Shown: piece after piece, positions 1 to 10,757 of the stretch
Position numbering within the stretch: position 1 is the first letter of the stretch
How the letters are laid out: every line of letters starts with the position of its first letter
Source: Gemmatimonadota bacterium
Lineage (GTDB): Bacteria > JBHIER01 > G020348925
Assembly: GCA_020348925.1 (NCBI GenBank)
Contig: CP070758.1
Coordinates: 1,444,469-1,508,468 of the forward strand
Direction of reading: 5' to 3'
Length of the DNA: 64,000 nucleotides
Made by a program: the position numbers and the translations under genes
The notes under the pieces: model-generated
What the model was told of the DNA's origin: nothing
Seen by the model: the letters and a program-made list of their open reading frames with translations, nothing else
The model's database searches: none

Positions 1-2097
1 GGATACCGACGACTTCGGAGACATACCTGCTTCAATCTGCGAGATAACATTGGTCCCAAAGTCAATGAGCATGGCGGCATCTTCCTCTGATATCTTCTTC
101 CCGCTCTGAGCCTCGACGTAATTGATGAACGCCTCCAGTTGATTGACAGCCGATCCCTCATTGCCACTTTCCAAAGATGCTACCGCATTGTCCACTTTGG
201 ATATCAAGGCGCTTTCGGTGCCCTGGGGTAACGCCAATTCTTCGATCACGGTTGGCATATCTTCCACACTGTCGATACACCCGTCACCGTTGGCATCTTG
301 AGCGGTTGCATCCTCAAACGGACAGGCATCCTCACTATCGACAATCCCATCGTTATCATCATCCGGATCGCACGCATCACCGAGCCCGTCCTCGTCATAG
401 TCAGCCTGATCGGGATTGAAAGTGATCGGGCAATTGTCCTCCATATCCTCAATCCCGTCGTTATCATCGTCCGGATCGCACGCATCGCCCAACCCGTCCT
501 CATCATAGTCAGTCTGATCGGGATTGAAAGTGATCGGGCAATTGTCCACGTCATCCAATATGCCGTCCCCATCGTTATCGGTCACAACAGGAATCCCGAA
601 GATGACGTATGTCTCACCGGCATCGTACCCCCCAGACTGATCTGCTCGATAGGCACCGATGATGAGGTCGTCATATCCATCTCCATTAAGATCTCCACAG
701 GCCAGAGAACGTTCATAGCCCAAGAAGTCACCTCCGTCGTCGCCCAGAATACGGATGTCCTCTTCTCCTGAGGATAAATCAATCGTCGTCGGCAGGGCGG
801 CAGAACCGTACACGACACACGTCTCACCTGCTTGGATCCCGCTGGAAGGGCTCGCCCCCGGTACTCCGATGACGATATCTTTATACCCGTCATGATTCAA
901 ATCCCCACTCGCCTCCACGGAAAATCCCGCCCAATCCTCGGCATCATCGCCCAGGATACGAACATCTTCCTCGTTAAGTGCGAAATCGATTGTGGCCGGT
1001 AAGCTCTGAGAACCGTAGATCAGGTAGGCCTCACCGACACGATTGCGCTCGGGTTGATCGGCTGACCAAGCGCCAATAAGGATGTCATCGTAACCATCAC
1101 CGGTGATATCTCCACTCGAGACGAAACAGCCACAAAGATCTCCCATATCATCACCCAAGATGCGTACGTCCTCATCACCAGCATCCAAATCAAAGACTTC
1201 AGGAAGAAGTTGAGAACCATAGATCACATAAACCTCACCAGCGTTTATGATCCCGTTTGGATCTGCCCAATTGGCGGCGAGAACAAGATCGGAGTAACCA
1301 TCTCCATTGACGTCCCCGCTCGCAAGGAATCCACCCAATTGATCTCCGAAGTCATCACCCAGAACACGGACATCTTCTTCACCGTTGGCCAAGTCAATGG
1401 TTGCAGGCAAAGTGTCACCACCGTAAATCACATATGTTTCTCCCCCATCTGTGCGCCCGTCGGGATCAGCGTAGAGAGCACCAATAATGAGATCCTCGTA
1501 TCCGTCACCGTTTACATCCCCGGTGGTCTGAAAGGAGCCCATATAGTCATTCATGTCATCACCGAGTATGCGGATATTTTCCTCGCCATTGGCCAGATCA
1601 ATAGTATCAGGGAGGCTGTCGGAACCGTAAACAACATATGTTTCACCTGTATTCCCCACGCTGGGCCCGTCCCCTCCAATAGCTCCGATGACAATATCGT
1701 CATATCCATCACCATTCACGTCTCCGCTTGCCACTGTTCTGCCTGACCAGTCATTGGCGTCATCACCCAAAATTCGCACATCTTCCTCACCGTTGGCCAA
1801 ATCAATGGTTCCAGTCCCAGTAGCGGAACCGTAAATTACATACGTTTCACCGGCATCAGTCCGTCCCGCGGGATCTGCCGAATAGGCTCCGATGATGAGA
1901 TCATCGTACCCGTCCCCATTGACGTCACCACTCGCCACGGAGCCCGAGTAATCTCTGCCATCGTCACCCAGAATGCGCATGTTCTCCTGGTCAAGGTTGA
2001 AGTCAATCGTATCCGGCAACTGGGCCGGGACCGTCCCCACCCCAATAACGGTTACGAACAGGACAGCCATACCGAAAGAAAGAAGATATTTCGCCAT
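1..2097 (-). CDS. Secreted FG-GAP (integrin alpha-like) repeat protein with thrombospondin type-3 repeats and a FIMAH-like helical domain; 3' end runs off window
   Basis: Translated by hand (absent from ORF track because there is no stop in window). ATG at 2097 with AAGGAGAGGG RBS; MAKYLLSFGMAVLFVTVIG signal peptide; repeated 'SGDVNGDGYDDLIIGA...AGETYVIYGS' units; 'DNCPITFNPDQ' TSP3 repeats; 'AVNQLEAFINYVEAQSGKKI' segment. Confidence 0.85.
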   Translation of the reverse strand, partial: MAKYLLSFGMAVLFVTVIGVGTVPAQLPDTIDFNLDQENMRILGDDGRDYSGSVASGDVNGDGYDDLIIGAYSADPAGRTDAGETYVIYGSATGTGTIDLANGEEDVRILGDDANDWSGRTVASGDVNGDGYDDIVIGAIGGDGPSVGNTGETYVVYGSDSLPDTIDLANGEENIRILGDDMNDYMGSFQTTGDVNGDGYEDLIIGALYADPDGRTDGGETYVIYGGDTLPATIDLANGEEDVRVLGDDFGDQLGGFLASGDVNGDGYSDLVLAANWADPNGIINAGEVYVIYGSQLLPEVFDLDAGDEDVRILGDDMGDLCGCFVSSGDITGDGYDDILIGAWSADQPERNRVGEAYLIYGSQSLPATIDFALNEEDVRILGDDAEDWAGFSVEASGDLNHDGYKDIVIGVPGASPSSGIQAGETCVVYGSAALPTTIDLSSGEEDIRILGDDGGDFLGYERSLACGDLNGDGYDDLIIGAYRADQSGGYDAGETYVIFGIPVVTDNDGDGILDDVDNCPITFNPDQTDYDEDGLGDACDPDDDNDGIEDMEDNCPITFNPDQADYDEDGLGDACDPDDDNDGIVDSEDACPFEDATAQDANGDGCIDSVEDMPTVIEELALPQGTESALISKVDNAVASLESGNEGSAVNQLEAFINYVEAQSGKKISEEDAAMLIDFGTNVISQIEAGMSPKSSVS

Positions 2098-2210
2098 TGT
2101 CCCTCTCCTTTCCAAACAGTTCCAAGCTCAGCGAAAATAAATCATTTGTTCTTGAGAGAGAGCGCATCTCCTGAGCACAGGGCTCGCTCTCTCCCCCTCA
2201 AATCGAAATG

Positions 2211-5200
2211 TCACTTCATGTATATCATCCGCTTTGTGTCGACGAAGTCGGAAACCTCAATGCGATAGAAGTATATTCCGCTGGGAACCATATTTCCACT
2301 ACTGTCTCGACCGTTCCAGGTCACGGTATAACAACCGGGTTCCTGAACTTCATCCACCAGCGTCAGCATCTCCTGCCCGAGGACATTAAATACTCTGAGT
2401 CGCGTCAGCGCGGGTACACGTCCCTGTGGTATCTGATACCGAATAGCTGTCGAGGGATTAAACGGATTCGGATAGTTTGCAAAGAGCGCGGAGCTCTCAG
2501 GAGCTACAGGAGCACCCTTGGAAATTTCCGATCCTGTGTTCACATCCAGAGACCGTCCGATCATGTCGGCAATAATCACTTCCTCGAAACGGACTGCTGT
2601 CGAACCGGAAACCGGTATCAGCAAAATAGGTTCTTCTCCTGGAGAAATGTTGCCGCCGTTGAATCCATACAGCAGTATGGTCACAATCCCGTCCCTCGTT
2701 GCCCAAGCCACGTTCATTTGACGGCTCCGATCGGTCAACACCGGAGCACCAAAACAGCCGCTCCCTTCCACAGGACACAGCCTCAATTGAACCCCTCCGA
2801 CGGGAACGGACGATCCAATTGAAATGATCATGTTCCGGTTCTCCTGAAGCTCGTCGTTTTTCTCCGCAACCGTCACGTCAACGGGGGTCGAGGAAGACAC
2901 GGTTTTTGCCGTTCCGCCTCCACCGAGAATATGGTTCACAATGCACAGGACGTCGAGAATATTGACCGATCCATCACCGTTACAGTCACCCGACCAGCAG
3001 TGATCCCCTTCCATTATGGCACAACTGTCATTCAAAATCATGTTGACGACATCGAGTCCGTCAAGGATATCTATTGCGCCGTCGCCGTTCGCATCCCCCT
3101 GCTGTCGCTCGCACACGGTCAGCGAGAGATCTTGCGTATCCGAAGCGTGTACACTGTCAACCACCTGGACGGTAAAGTATGCCGTGAAGGGATCGTACGC
3201 TTCTGGTGTTCCAAAAATATCGCCTGTCATGGCATTCAGGCTTAGACCTTCTGGCAGCGAACCGCTGACAACGCTCCACGTATAGTGTCCCATCCCACCC
3301 ACAGCTTCAAGGTTGGCCGAATACGGAGCCTCGATAACGGCCTTTTTGAGTTGTGCTGTCGTAATTCTCAGGATCGGACTGTAGACAATGGTACTCTGAA
3401 AGATTTCGGACTCGTTTCCCGCCGCATCAATGTACCGCACGTACACGGTCTTGACGCCCGGTTCAGCGTTCCCTCCGTAACTCACGAGATCCCATTCGGC
3501 CTGCTCTTCGGCGTAGGGTTCGGGAGGGGACCAGGTTTCACCATCATTGCTGAATTGCATGGCCGCTATTCCTGACAACGCATCCTGAGCACCGAGTCCT
3601 GTTAAGGTAACGATCAGTGTATCCGTGGTCTGTGCCCCGTCCTCGATTGAAATCGTTCCTGCAACAGGACCACTGGCATCATAAAAGAGGGGGACGGAAG
3701 CGATATTCGTTTCGTTCACATTCCCGGCATTATCCTGAAGCCACAGATAGAACATGTGCTCACCTTCCCCGGCAATCTCCACAACGATCGGATTCTCCGT
3801 GATGAACTCGCCATCGGTATCCGACGAGGGAAGCTCATTCAGCCTGAAGTACCCTCCTGCGACACCCGATATATCCTCAGGATCGGTCCACGTCAGTGTG
3901 AAGACATGACTGTGCGTCCACCCCTCGGGCTCAACGGCGAGATCAATAGGAGCGTCCGGATCGGTCGCGTCGATTCTGACCGAAAAGTGATCGGTAGGTC
4001 CCCAGTTGCCTGCCCCGTCAACAGCCCGGCAGTGAAAATACCAGACACCGTCATCGACGTCAAAGTACTGTTGGGAGTCCTCAGGACCCTGGTTTGTCTC
4101 ATTCGGGATCAGATCAGGAACATTTGACAGAACAGAACTGAATCCTGCAATGCCGGAAAGATCGGACACGATGGTCCAGTGGATTCCAGGGTTCCGATCA
4201 CTGTACCAGGTCGATTCGGAAGGATGCGTCGAGGAAAATATTTCTGGCGCTTCGGGAGCGGACGTATCCTTCCTGAACAGGAAACCCTGGACATCCGGCT
4301 CGTACGCATGCGTCACAGTATTGCCAGCCTTATCGGCGACCCTGAGGCTGATCGCATTCTCACCATTTTCAAGAAGATCCCAATGTACTCCCCACTCGAA
4401 GGTGAAATCCGAAGACCGATCCTCTATGAAAACAGCATACCATTGACCGTTGCCAACGCGATAGGCGGCATAATCGAGAGGTGCATTGTCGCCCCAACCA
4501 AAATCGATATCTATGACGCCCCCGGGATTCGAAGCGTACCACTCAGTGGAAGAACCCATCTCAGGAGTATTGTAGATAATAGTCGGGCCGATGGTGTCCT
4601 TGTAAAACTGCCAGCTCCATTCGCCATGTTCTCCTGCCATGTTCCCTTCGGCATCATCAGCCATAAAATAGATGACATGATGTCCGTCGTCCAAACTTAC
4701 GAATCCTGGAATCTCCCACCAATCATCATCCCACGAGATCCCCTCCGCATTGATGAAAATGGGGATCCACGGTTCGGCGTAGGAGTCGATCTGATACCAG
4801 GCATCGTCAAGATCTTCATTGTCGTCGAAACCGAAATTGGAGAAAACAGGCGTTTCGGCGTAATACTGACCCTCGGCTTCGACGATCGCCTCCATGGTCG
4901 GCGGTTCGCTGTCCGGTGTCTCCTTGTAAAACTGCCAGCTCCACTCACCGCCGTGACCGACATGGTTTCCCGCATCATCCCGAGCTACAAAGTACAGTGT
5001 GTGACTGCCGTCACTCAATTCATGAAAACAGGGAAGTTCCCAGCCGTCACTGTCCCACGAGATCCCGTTTACATCGGCGAAGAGCACGGTCCACTCACCA
5101 CTGAACGAATCAACCTGATATCCGCCCTCATCGAGATCTCTATTATCCTCGAAGCCAAAATTGGAAAAAATCGGTGGGCCATCGTAATGCTGTCCCTCGG

Positions 5201-5224
5201 CTTCGACGATCGCCTCCATGGTCG
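2211..5224 (-). CDS. Large secreted modular protein, 5' truncated by gap: tandem 108-aa repeats, Ig-like domains, dockerin, cohesin-like domain, FlgD/T9SS-like C-terminal domain
   Basis: ORF is open into the N gap. 'LPEGLSLNAMTGDIFGTP' putative Ig domain; 'GDANGDGAIDILD...GDCNGDGSVNILD' dockerin; '[10 protein letters not shown]...SGIYFYRI...TKRMIYMK' C-terminus. Confidence 0.85.
4870..5224. repeat. Intragenic tandem repeat, 324-bp period (108 aa)
   Basis: Identical 31-mer ccctcggcttcgacgatcgcctccatggtcg at 4870-4900 and 5194-5224. Confidence 0.85.
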
Positions 5225-5527
5225 NNNNNNNNNNNNNNNNNNNNNNNNNNNNNNNNNNNNNNNNNNNNNNNNNNNNNNNNNNNNNNNNNNNNNNNNNNNN
5301 NNNNNNNNNNNNNNNNNNNNNNNNGTGGAAGTCCGCCTTATCACAGAGAGGTTGAGGAAGCCCGTTTCATCAAGGGCTAAGATTATGTCCCATTTATTAT
5401 TGCCAATGATATGGAGCTCGGCGAAATTTGTTGAAGGGAGAGATATCCCTCACCATTCCCCGCACAGGAAACATATCCTGTGTGATCTCGTTTCATGAAT
5501 CTTTGTTACGCTCTTCCGAGAAGGTGC

Positions 5528-5556
5528 TTGCCTTTGTGGGAGCATGTTTGTATATT
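5528..5556 (+). promoter_or_regulatory. Putative sigma-70 promoter
   Basis: TTGCCT-17 nt-TATATT upstream of the thioredoxin gene. Confidence 0.45.
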
Positions 5557-5687
5557 ACGCACACAATGAGTCTTCTTGTTATGGTGTTTCAAAATATTTT
5601 TCAAACTTCTCTCTCCTTCGTCACTTCTCTCAATTCAATGAGGGAACCTGAGTGACGAAATTCACTCAAGGAAAGGACGGTCAGCAG

Positions 5688-6524
5688 ATGAAGAAAACTC
5701 TTTTTCTTTCGCTCTTAGTCGCTGGACTTATGTTTGGATGTGCAGCGCGCAAACCTCATATCCAGTGGGAATCGAACCTTGACAAGGGACTGGCAGAGGC
5801 AAAAGCGTCGAACAGAAACGTCGTCATCGATTTTACGAGCCCGACCTGAAAGTGGTGTACGGCTCTGGATGAGTCGACCTTCGTCGATCCTCAGGTGATC
5901 GCTTTTTCAAGAGAATACGTCTTCGTGAAAGTCCAGGCCAAAGAGGATACCATCACGGCTCAGGAATACGGCATTGCCGGTTTTCCCACAGTTGTCCTGC
6001 TGGACTCCAACGGGGAGGAGATCGACCGGATCTTGGGCTATCGAGGCCCGGAACCCTTCATCAAACAGATCGAAAACTATGAAGCCGGTATCGGCACCTT
6101 TTTATCCGTACTGAAAGAGTTTGAGGCAGACCCCATGGATGTGCACCTGAACTTCGAGGTTGCCGAGAAATATTACGGCCGCGGCGACCTGGACGATGCC
6201 GTCACCCACTACGAAAGGGTATTCCTCCTCGACCAGTGGAACGAAAAGGGGAAATCGGACGTGGCCATCTACTATATCGGTGTCACCCATCGCAAGGACA
6301 AAGAGTACGATAGGGCCGCTCTCCAATTTCAGCGCATGATGGATACCTACCCAAACAGTTCCCTCGTACCTGATGCCTTGGTATACAAGGCCTTCGTCTA
6401 CCAGAAGGGAGAGAGAAAAGCGGAGGCCATCGCCGCCTACGAGAGTTTTATCGAAACGTACCCTGATCACGACGACGTCGAATGGGCCCAAAAACAGATC
6501 GCAGAGCTGAAAGGGAACGAATAA
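5688..6524 (+). CDS. Thioredoxin-fold/TPR lipoprotein, probable selenoprotein (UGA at 5847-5849 as Sec, U-K-W-C)
   Basis: ORFs 5652-5849 and 5895-6524 are in the same frame. Read-through gives '[21 protein letters not shown]...[12 protein letters not shown]', i.e. a CxxC-position motif plus cis-Pro loop. Lipobox LMFG-C; C-terminal TPRs. Confidence 0.85.
5854..5879 (+). promoter_or_regulatory. Putative bacterial SECIS element
   Basis: GGT-GTA-CGGCTC-TGGAT-GAGTCG-ACC hairpin; apical loop begins 16 nt after the UGA and has G at its second position. Confidence 0.6.
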
Positions 6525-7999
6525 TGCCGGAGAAGCTGATCTTCGAACTGAGCTCCAAAGGAAGACGAGGCTATACGCTGCCCAAGTGCGACGTCCCCGA
6601 AAAGGAGATTGCTGAACTCATACCGCCTGACATGTTGAGGGACAAGCCGGCCGAGCTGCCGGAAGTGAGCGAAGTGGACGTGGTGCGCCACTTCGTCAAT
6701 CTCTCAACACTGAATCATCACGTGGACAAAGGATTCTATCCCCTCGGGTCATGCACCATGAAGTACAATCCCAAGGTAAACGAGGACATGGCAGGATTGC
6801 CCGGCTTCGCCCACATTCATCCTCTTCAACCGGAGAGCACGGTCCAGGGCGCGCTGCAGCTCATGTACGAGCTCGGACAGTACCTGTGCGAGATCGCCGG
6901 TATGGACGATATCACTCTCCAGCCGGCCGCCGGGGCGCACGGCGAACTGACCGGTCTGTTGATGATGCGGGCCTATCACGAAAAAAGGGGGAACCCACGA
7001 TCAAAGGTGATTCTGCCCGATTCCGCCCACGGCACAAACCCGGCCAGCGTCGTTACGGCAGGATATAAAACAGTACAGATTCGATCCGACAGACGGGGTC
7101 TTGTCGATCTGGATCAGCTCCGGAGCGTCATGGACGAAGAGGTGGCCGTCGTCATGCTCACCAATCCCAATACTCTCGGCCTCTTCGAATCGGACATCTG
7201 CGAGATCGCAAAAATCGTCCACCATGCCGGCGCACTGCTCTACATGGACGGCGCCAATTTAAACGCCCTCTTAGGTATCGCCAGACCTGGCGACATGGGG
7301 TTCGATGTCGTCCATTTCAACCTGCACAAGACCTTCTCCACACCCCACGGCGGAGGGGGACCGGGCTCAGGCCCCCTCGGCGTGAAGAAAGATCTGGCGA
7401 AATTCCTCCCGGTTCCGGTTGTGAGGAAAAATCAAAATCCAAAATCCAAAACTCAAATTGAATATTCCCTCGACTACGACCTGCCCGAATCCATCGGCAA
7501 GATCCACGGCTTCTATGGTAATTTTGGGGTTCTGGTCAAGGCCTACACCTATATTCGGATGCTCGGACCGAAAGGATTGCGGGAGGTGAGCGAGGCGGCC
7601 ATCATCAACGCCAATTATCTCCTGCGCCGTCTTGAGCCCTACTTCGATGTCCCGTATGAGGGCTGCTGCATGCACGAGTTCGTTCTCTCAGGCAACAGAC
7701 AGAAGGACAAAGGTGTTAAAACCCTTGATATCGCCAAACGGCTCCTCGATCACGGCGTCCACGCCCCAACCGTCTATTTCCCCCTCATCGTCCCCGAGGC
7801 CCTCATGATCGAGCCGACTGAGACGGAGAGTAAGGAGAGCCTGGACCACTTTGTGGAGGCCATGATCAAAATCAACGAAGAGGTCGAGACGAACCCTGAC
7901 ATCGTCAAGACCGCCCCCCACACCACACCCGTCGGCCGCCTTGATGAAGCATTGGCAGCAAAGAATCTCGACGTGAGGTGGAAACCAAAGGAGGAATAA
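6524..7999 (+). CDS. gcvPB: Glycine dehydrogenase (decarboxylating) subunit 2
   Basis: [30 protein letters not shown] and [16 protein letters not shown] motifs; ATG overlaps the upstream stop (TAATG). Confidence 0.96.
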   Translation: MPEKLIFELSSKGRRGYTLPKCDVPEKEIAELIPPDMLRDKPAELPEVSEVDVVRHFVNLSTLNHHVDKGFYPLGSCTMKYNPKVNEDMAGLPGFAHIHPLQPESTVQGALQLMYELGQYLCEIAGMDDITLQPAAGAHGELTGLLMMRAYHEKRGNPRSKVILPDSAHGTNPASVVTAGYKTVQIRSDRRGLVDLDQLRSVMDEEVAVVMLTNPNTLGLFESDICEIAKIVHHAGALLYMDGANLNALLGIARPGDMGFDVVHFNLHKTFSTPHGGGGPGSGPLGVKKDLAKFLPVPVVRKNQNPKSKTQIEYSLDYDLPESIGKIHGFYGNFGVLVKAYTYIRMLGPKGLREVSEAAIINANYLLRRLEPYFDVPYEGCCMHEFVLSGNRQKDKGVKTLDIAKRLLDHGVHAPTVYFPLIVPEALMIEPTETESKESLDHFVEAMIKINEEVETNPDIVKTAPHTTPVGRLDEALAAKNLDVRWKPKEE

Positions 8000-8069
8000 T
8001 CAGCACCTATTTTTAATCTTCACAATTTTCCTGCAGGAATCCTCTCCAGCACGAAACTGAAGATCACCA

Positions 8070-10427
8070 TCAAGGCGGGCAGGAACCGGTGCCAAATATG
8101 CAGTTGATTATTCCAAGAGCATCCAAAACATCCACACTTCCATCTCTGTTGCAGTCGGCCCGGCAATATCTGCTCATATCCGTTGCTAAGAGCGATATAT
8201 CAAAAATACACTGAATTACACCGACCACATCGATAACGTTCACTGACCCATCTCCGTTCACATCACCCAAGGCCCCACCCTCGCACCAGGCCCAGGCCGG
8301 ACGGCGGGTCTCGGCCAAAATTTCCCAAGACCCTGAGATGGACCGCATCTCTCCCTCGGAATACCACCAACTTCGACCACCATCAAGAGCATTTTCTCTG
8401 GCGAAAAACCGGCCCTCTGTCTGCTCGGTGGCCCGCACATGAAACCAAAAATCCCCTTCCACGTACAGGATATCAATGTACTCCCGCACATCGATCTCAA
8501 TTTGGTCCTGAGGTCCATCAACCCAGATTCCGAAGGGCTCGATGAGAGCCTCCCCGAAGGTGCTGTCATTGACCCCTTCGCCCAAGATGTATATCTCCAG
8601 AGGACCGCTCAATTCCACACCTCTCACGGAAATTCCGGTCAAAGCAATGGCCTCCCAGGAGATGTCAACAGCCGTGAAGCGTACTACCGGTCCGGAATTC
8701 GACTGAGCTTCAAAAAACGTCGTATCTGTGGAGAATCTGTCAAAATAGCCTAAGGTTACCCTCCAGGACTCGTACACATGTACAGGAGCAGGGGTAGTGA
8801 ATATATCATCATACGTTGGATAGAAATTTATAGCCATGATGTAAAAATTACCTGTGTCCACTGGAGTCCATTCAAAGGCAACCTGCGTTGTTTCACCTGC
8901 AGCTACCGTAAGATTTGGAAGTTCAAAAATCGAGTAAGGAGGATCGCCAACCACGTTTAATTCCTCGTCCAAAAGCACCCATAAAAGAGGTGCCAATTGA
9001 GCCGCATGCGATCCATGATTTACAATCTCCGTAGTTACAGGAGTGGGGTAATTTACAGAATTCGGAAATGGGACAATAATCCGTATGATTCGCACAACGT
9101 GCTCCCATTTAGGCTGTTGAAACAGAAGGACATTATCGACAAAAAGCCCCCGCCCATTGCACGGTATCCAATCACAGCCTCCACCTCCATCATCATCTCC
9201 GTCGGTGTGAAGCCGCCACCGAACCTTAACCTGCTGCCCGCAATAGGCATGCAATCCCAAACTATGGTCACGGTCCCAATTATAAACCTTCCACGTTGAA
9301 TCGTTATCGCCCCTCCCATAATCATAGAAGAGCGAAGACCACACCAAAAAATTGGACTCAGCCGTGGAGAGTTCCACATCAAAAAAATCCTCCAAAAGTC
9401 CATCCCCATTACCATCATAATCAGGAACCTCGACAAGGTTGTAAAAACTCGCCCGCGGGTATCCCTCCTCCGGCAAGGTGAAAATTGGGGAGACAAGGGC
9501 AGCATTGATGAGGGGTCGATCGTCGCAAACCATGCTGAAGCTGCCCTGCGTCCAGCCTTCCGGCGGATAATACGGATCACCGTACTTCTGATGAATGGCA
9601 CTATTGTCGTCCGTGATAGTCCAGAAATCTCCATGACAAGGATTTGAAAAAGTCATTCGGCCTGGCTCATGGTCGCCCCCATCATCGAAGAAGAGGGTAT
9701 CGCCGTCACCTGTGAGAACAATCTCGTCGACCCAAACTCCTGTGAAAAAATCGGTGAAGGAGTTGTAACAAACATCACTGACAAAAGTATATCGTATTTT
9801 GATCCTGCTGCTCTCAACATACTCATCGAGATGAAAAATCTCAGTCCACCACACATCGCCCAAACCCGTCCAGCCCGGTGTACCACTCTGCCCTCTGTAT
9901 TCGAAGGCCCTGAGCGTATCAACAGTGTATCCCCCTTCCGGAAAGAGGATGTGAAACGATCCCCCATCCTCTGAGAGAAATACGGCGGAGCCATCCCAAA
10001 CTTGCTCTTCCGGGCTTTCCGTATCCACTTTGTGCACAAACGAAAGCGTTAACGTCGTGATTCCCTCAGGGATCTCAATCTCCGGCGTCTCCAAAAAGTC
10101 CTCCCACAAATCCTGATATCCGCTCCCGACCGGTGTTTCTATGGCACAATAATACGAATGACCGTCATAGGCTCCGGTCGAAGTCACGTGCCAGTGTGGC
10201 TCGCAGGTGAGATCGACCGTCTCCCAGCCTTGGGGCAGCCCGTCCTCGAAATCGAAAAAAGCAAGGGTCTCTCCCCCCGCACTCGCAAACCTGCTCGAAA
10301 CCGTCTCCACCGATCTCTTCTCTCGATGGGATATGACGCTCCTACGATCACGGCCAAAGACATACTCCGTTGTACAAATTGAAGCAATGAGCACAAGAAG
10401 TCCCATAACGATAACTCTTCTTCTCAT
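8070..10427 (-). CDS. Secreted beta-sandwich protein with C-terminal dockerin
   Basis: Signal peptide; 'FFDFEDG..GW', 'GVWVDEI' and 'GLFVDNV' MAM/immune-inhibitor-A-like sandwiches; terminal 'GDVNGDGSVNVID...ADCNRDGSVDVLD'. Confidence 0.8.
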   Translation of the reverse strand: MRRRVIVMGLLVLIASICTTEYVFGRDRRSVISHREKRSVETVSSRFASAGGETLAFFDFEDGLPQGWETVDLTCEPHWHVTSTGAYDGHSYYCAIETPVGSGYQDLWEDFLETPEIEIPEGITTLTLSFVHKVDTESPEEQVWDGSAVFLSEDGGSFHILFPEGGYTVDTLRAFEYRGQSGTPGWTGLGDVWWTEIFHLDEYVESSRIKIRYTFVSDVCYNSFTDFFTGVWVDEIVLTGDGDTLFFDDGGDHEPGRMTFSNPCHGDFWTITDDNSAIHQKYGDPYYPPEGWTQGSFSMVCDDRPLINAALVSPIFTLPEEGYPRASFYNLVEVPDYDGNGDGLLEDFFDVELSTAESNFLVWSSLFYDYGRGDNDSTWKVYNWDRDHSLGLHAYCGQQVKVRWRLHTDGDDDGGGGCDWIPCNGRGLFVDNVLLFQQPKWEHVVRIIRIIVPFPNSVNYPTPVTTEIVNHGSHAAQLAPLLWVLLDEELNVVGDPPYSIFELPNLTVAAGETTQVAFEWTPVDTGNFYIMAINFYPTYDDIFTTPAPVHVYESWRVTLGYFDRFSTDTTFFEAQSNSGPVVRFTAVDISWEAIALTGISVRGVELSGPLEIYILGEGVNDSTFGEALIEPFGIWVDGPQDQIEIDVREYIDILYVEGDFWFHVRATEQTEGRFFARENALDGGRSWWYSEGEMRSISGSWEILAETRRPAWAWCEGGALGDVNGDGSVNVIDVVGVIQCIFDISLLATDMSRYCRADCNRDGSVDVLDALGIINCIFGTGSCPP

Positions 10428-10518
10428 GTCTCACCTCCTGGCCATTTGAATGAGAAGGATTCCGATGAAAGGTGTCCGACGACGCAGCAAACTCTCGAAA
10501 CGAATGAACAACAGATAT

Positions 10519-10546
10519 AATATACCTATCCAGGTTTCGTTGTCAA
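10519..10546 (-). promoter_or_regulatory. Putative sigma-70 promoter
   Basis: TTGACA-16 nt-TATATT on the minus strand upstream of 10427. Confidence 0.5.
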
Positions 10547-10598
10547 GCCTGAAAATTTAACAGCAGAGGTACAAAAATCTTGCTCGGATATGCATACG

Positions 10599-10637
10599 AA
10601 AAAAGCCGCCGTGCACCCAACGCAAGACACGGCGGCT
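10599..10637 (-). terminator. Rho-independent terminator of the M6 protease gene
   Basis: AGCCGCCGTG/CACGGCGGCT stem followed by a T run on the minus strand. Confidence 0.7.
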
Positions 10638-10757
10638 CCTACCCCATATCTCTCTTCCACCAACCGGAGTTGTTACAGTAACACTTTGCGCATGTTGATA
10701 CTTACTTTACCAACCTCCAATCTCTATCCGGAGCAGTCTCACCCGCTCGTACTGGCC

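Noticed and set aside
340-580. 108-bp periodic DNA repeats as a CRISPR array
   Set aside because: They are in-frame thrombospondin type-3 coding repeats; no cas genes or unique spacers
177-2045. Several short ORFs listed on both strands
   Set aside because: Shadows or alternate frames of the minus-strand FG-GAP gene 1-2097
2156-2193. GAGAGAGCG/CGCTCTCTC inverted repeat as a terminator
   Set aside because: Low-complexity stem, long loop and no adjacent U tract; function unsupported
4179-5498. 439-aa plus-strand ORF
   Set aside because: Antisense to a real gene and reads through the N gap
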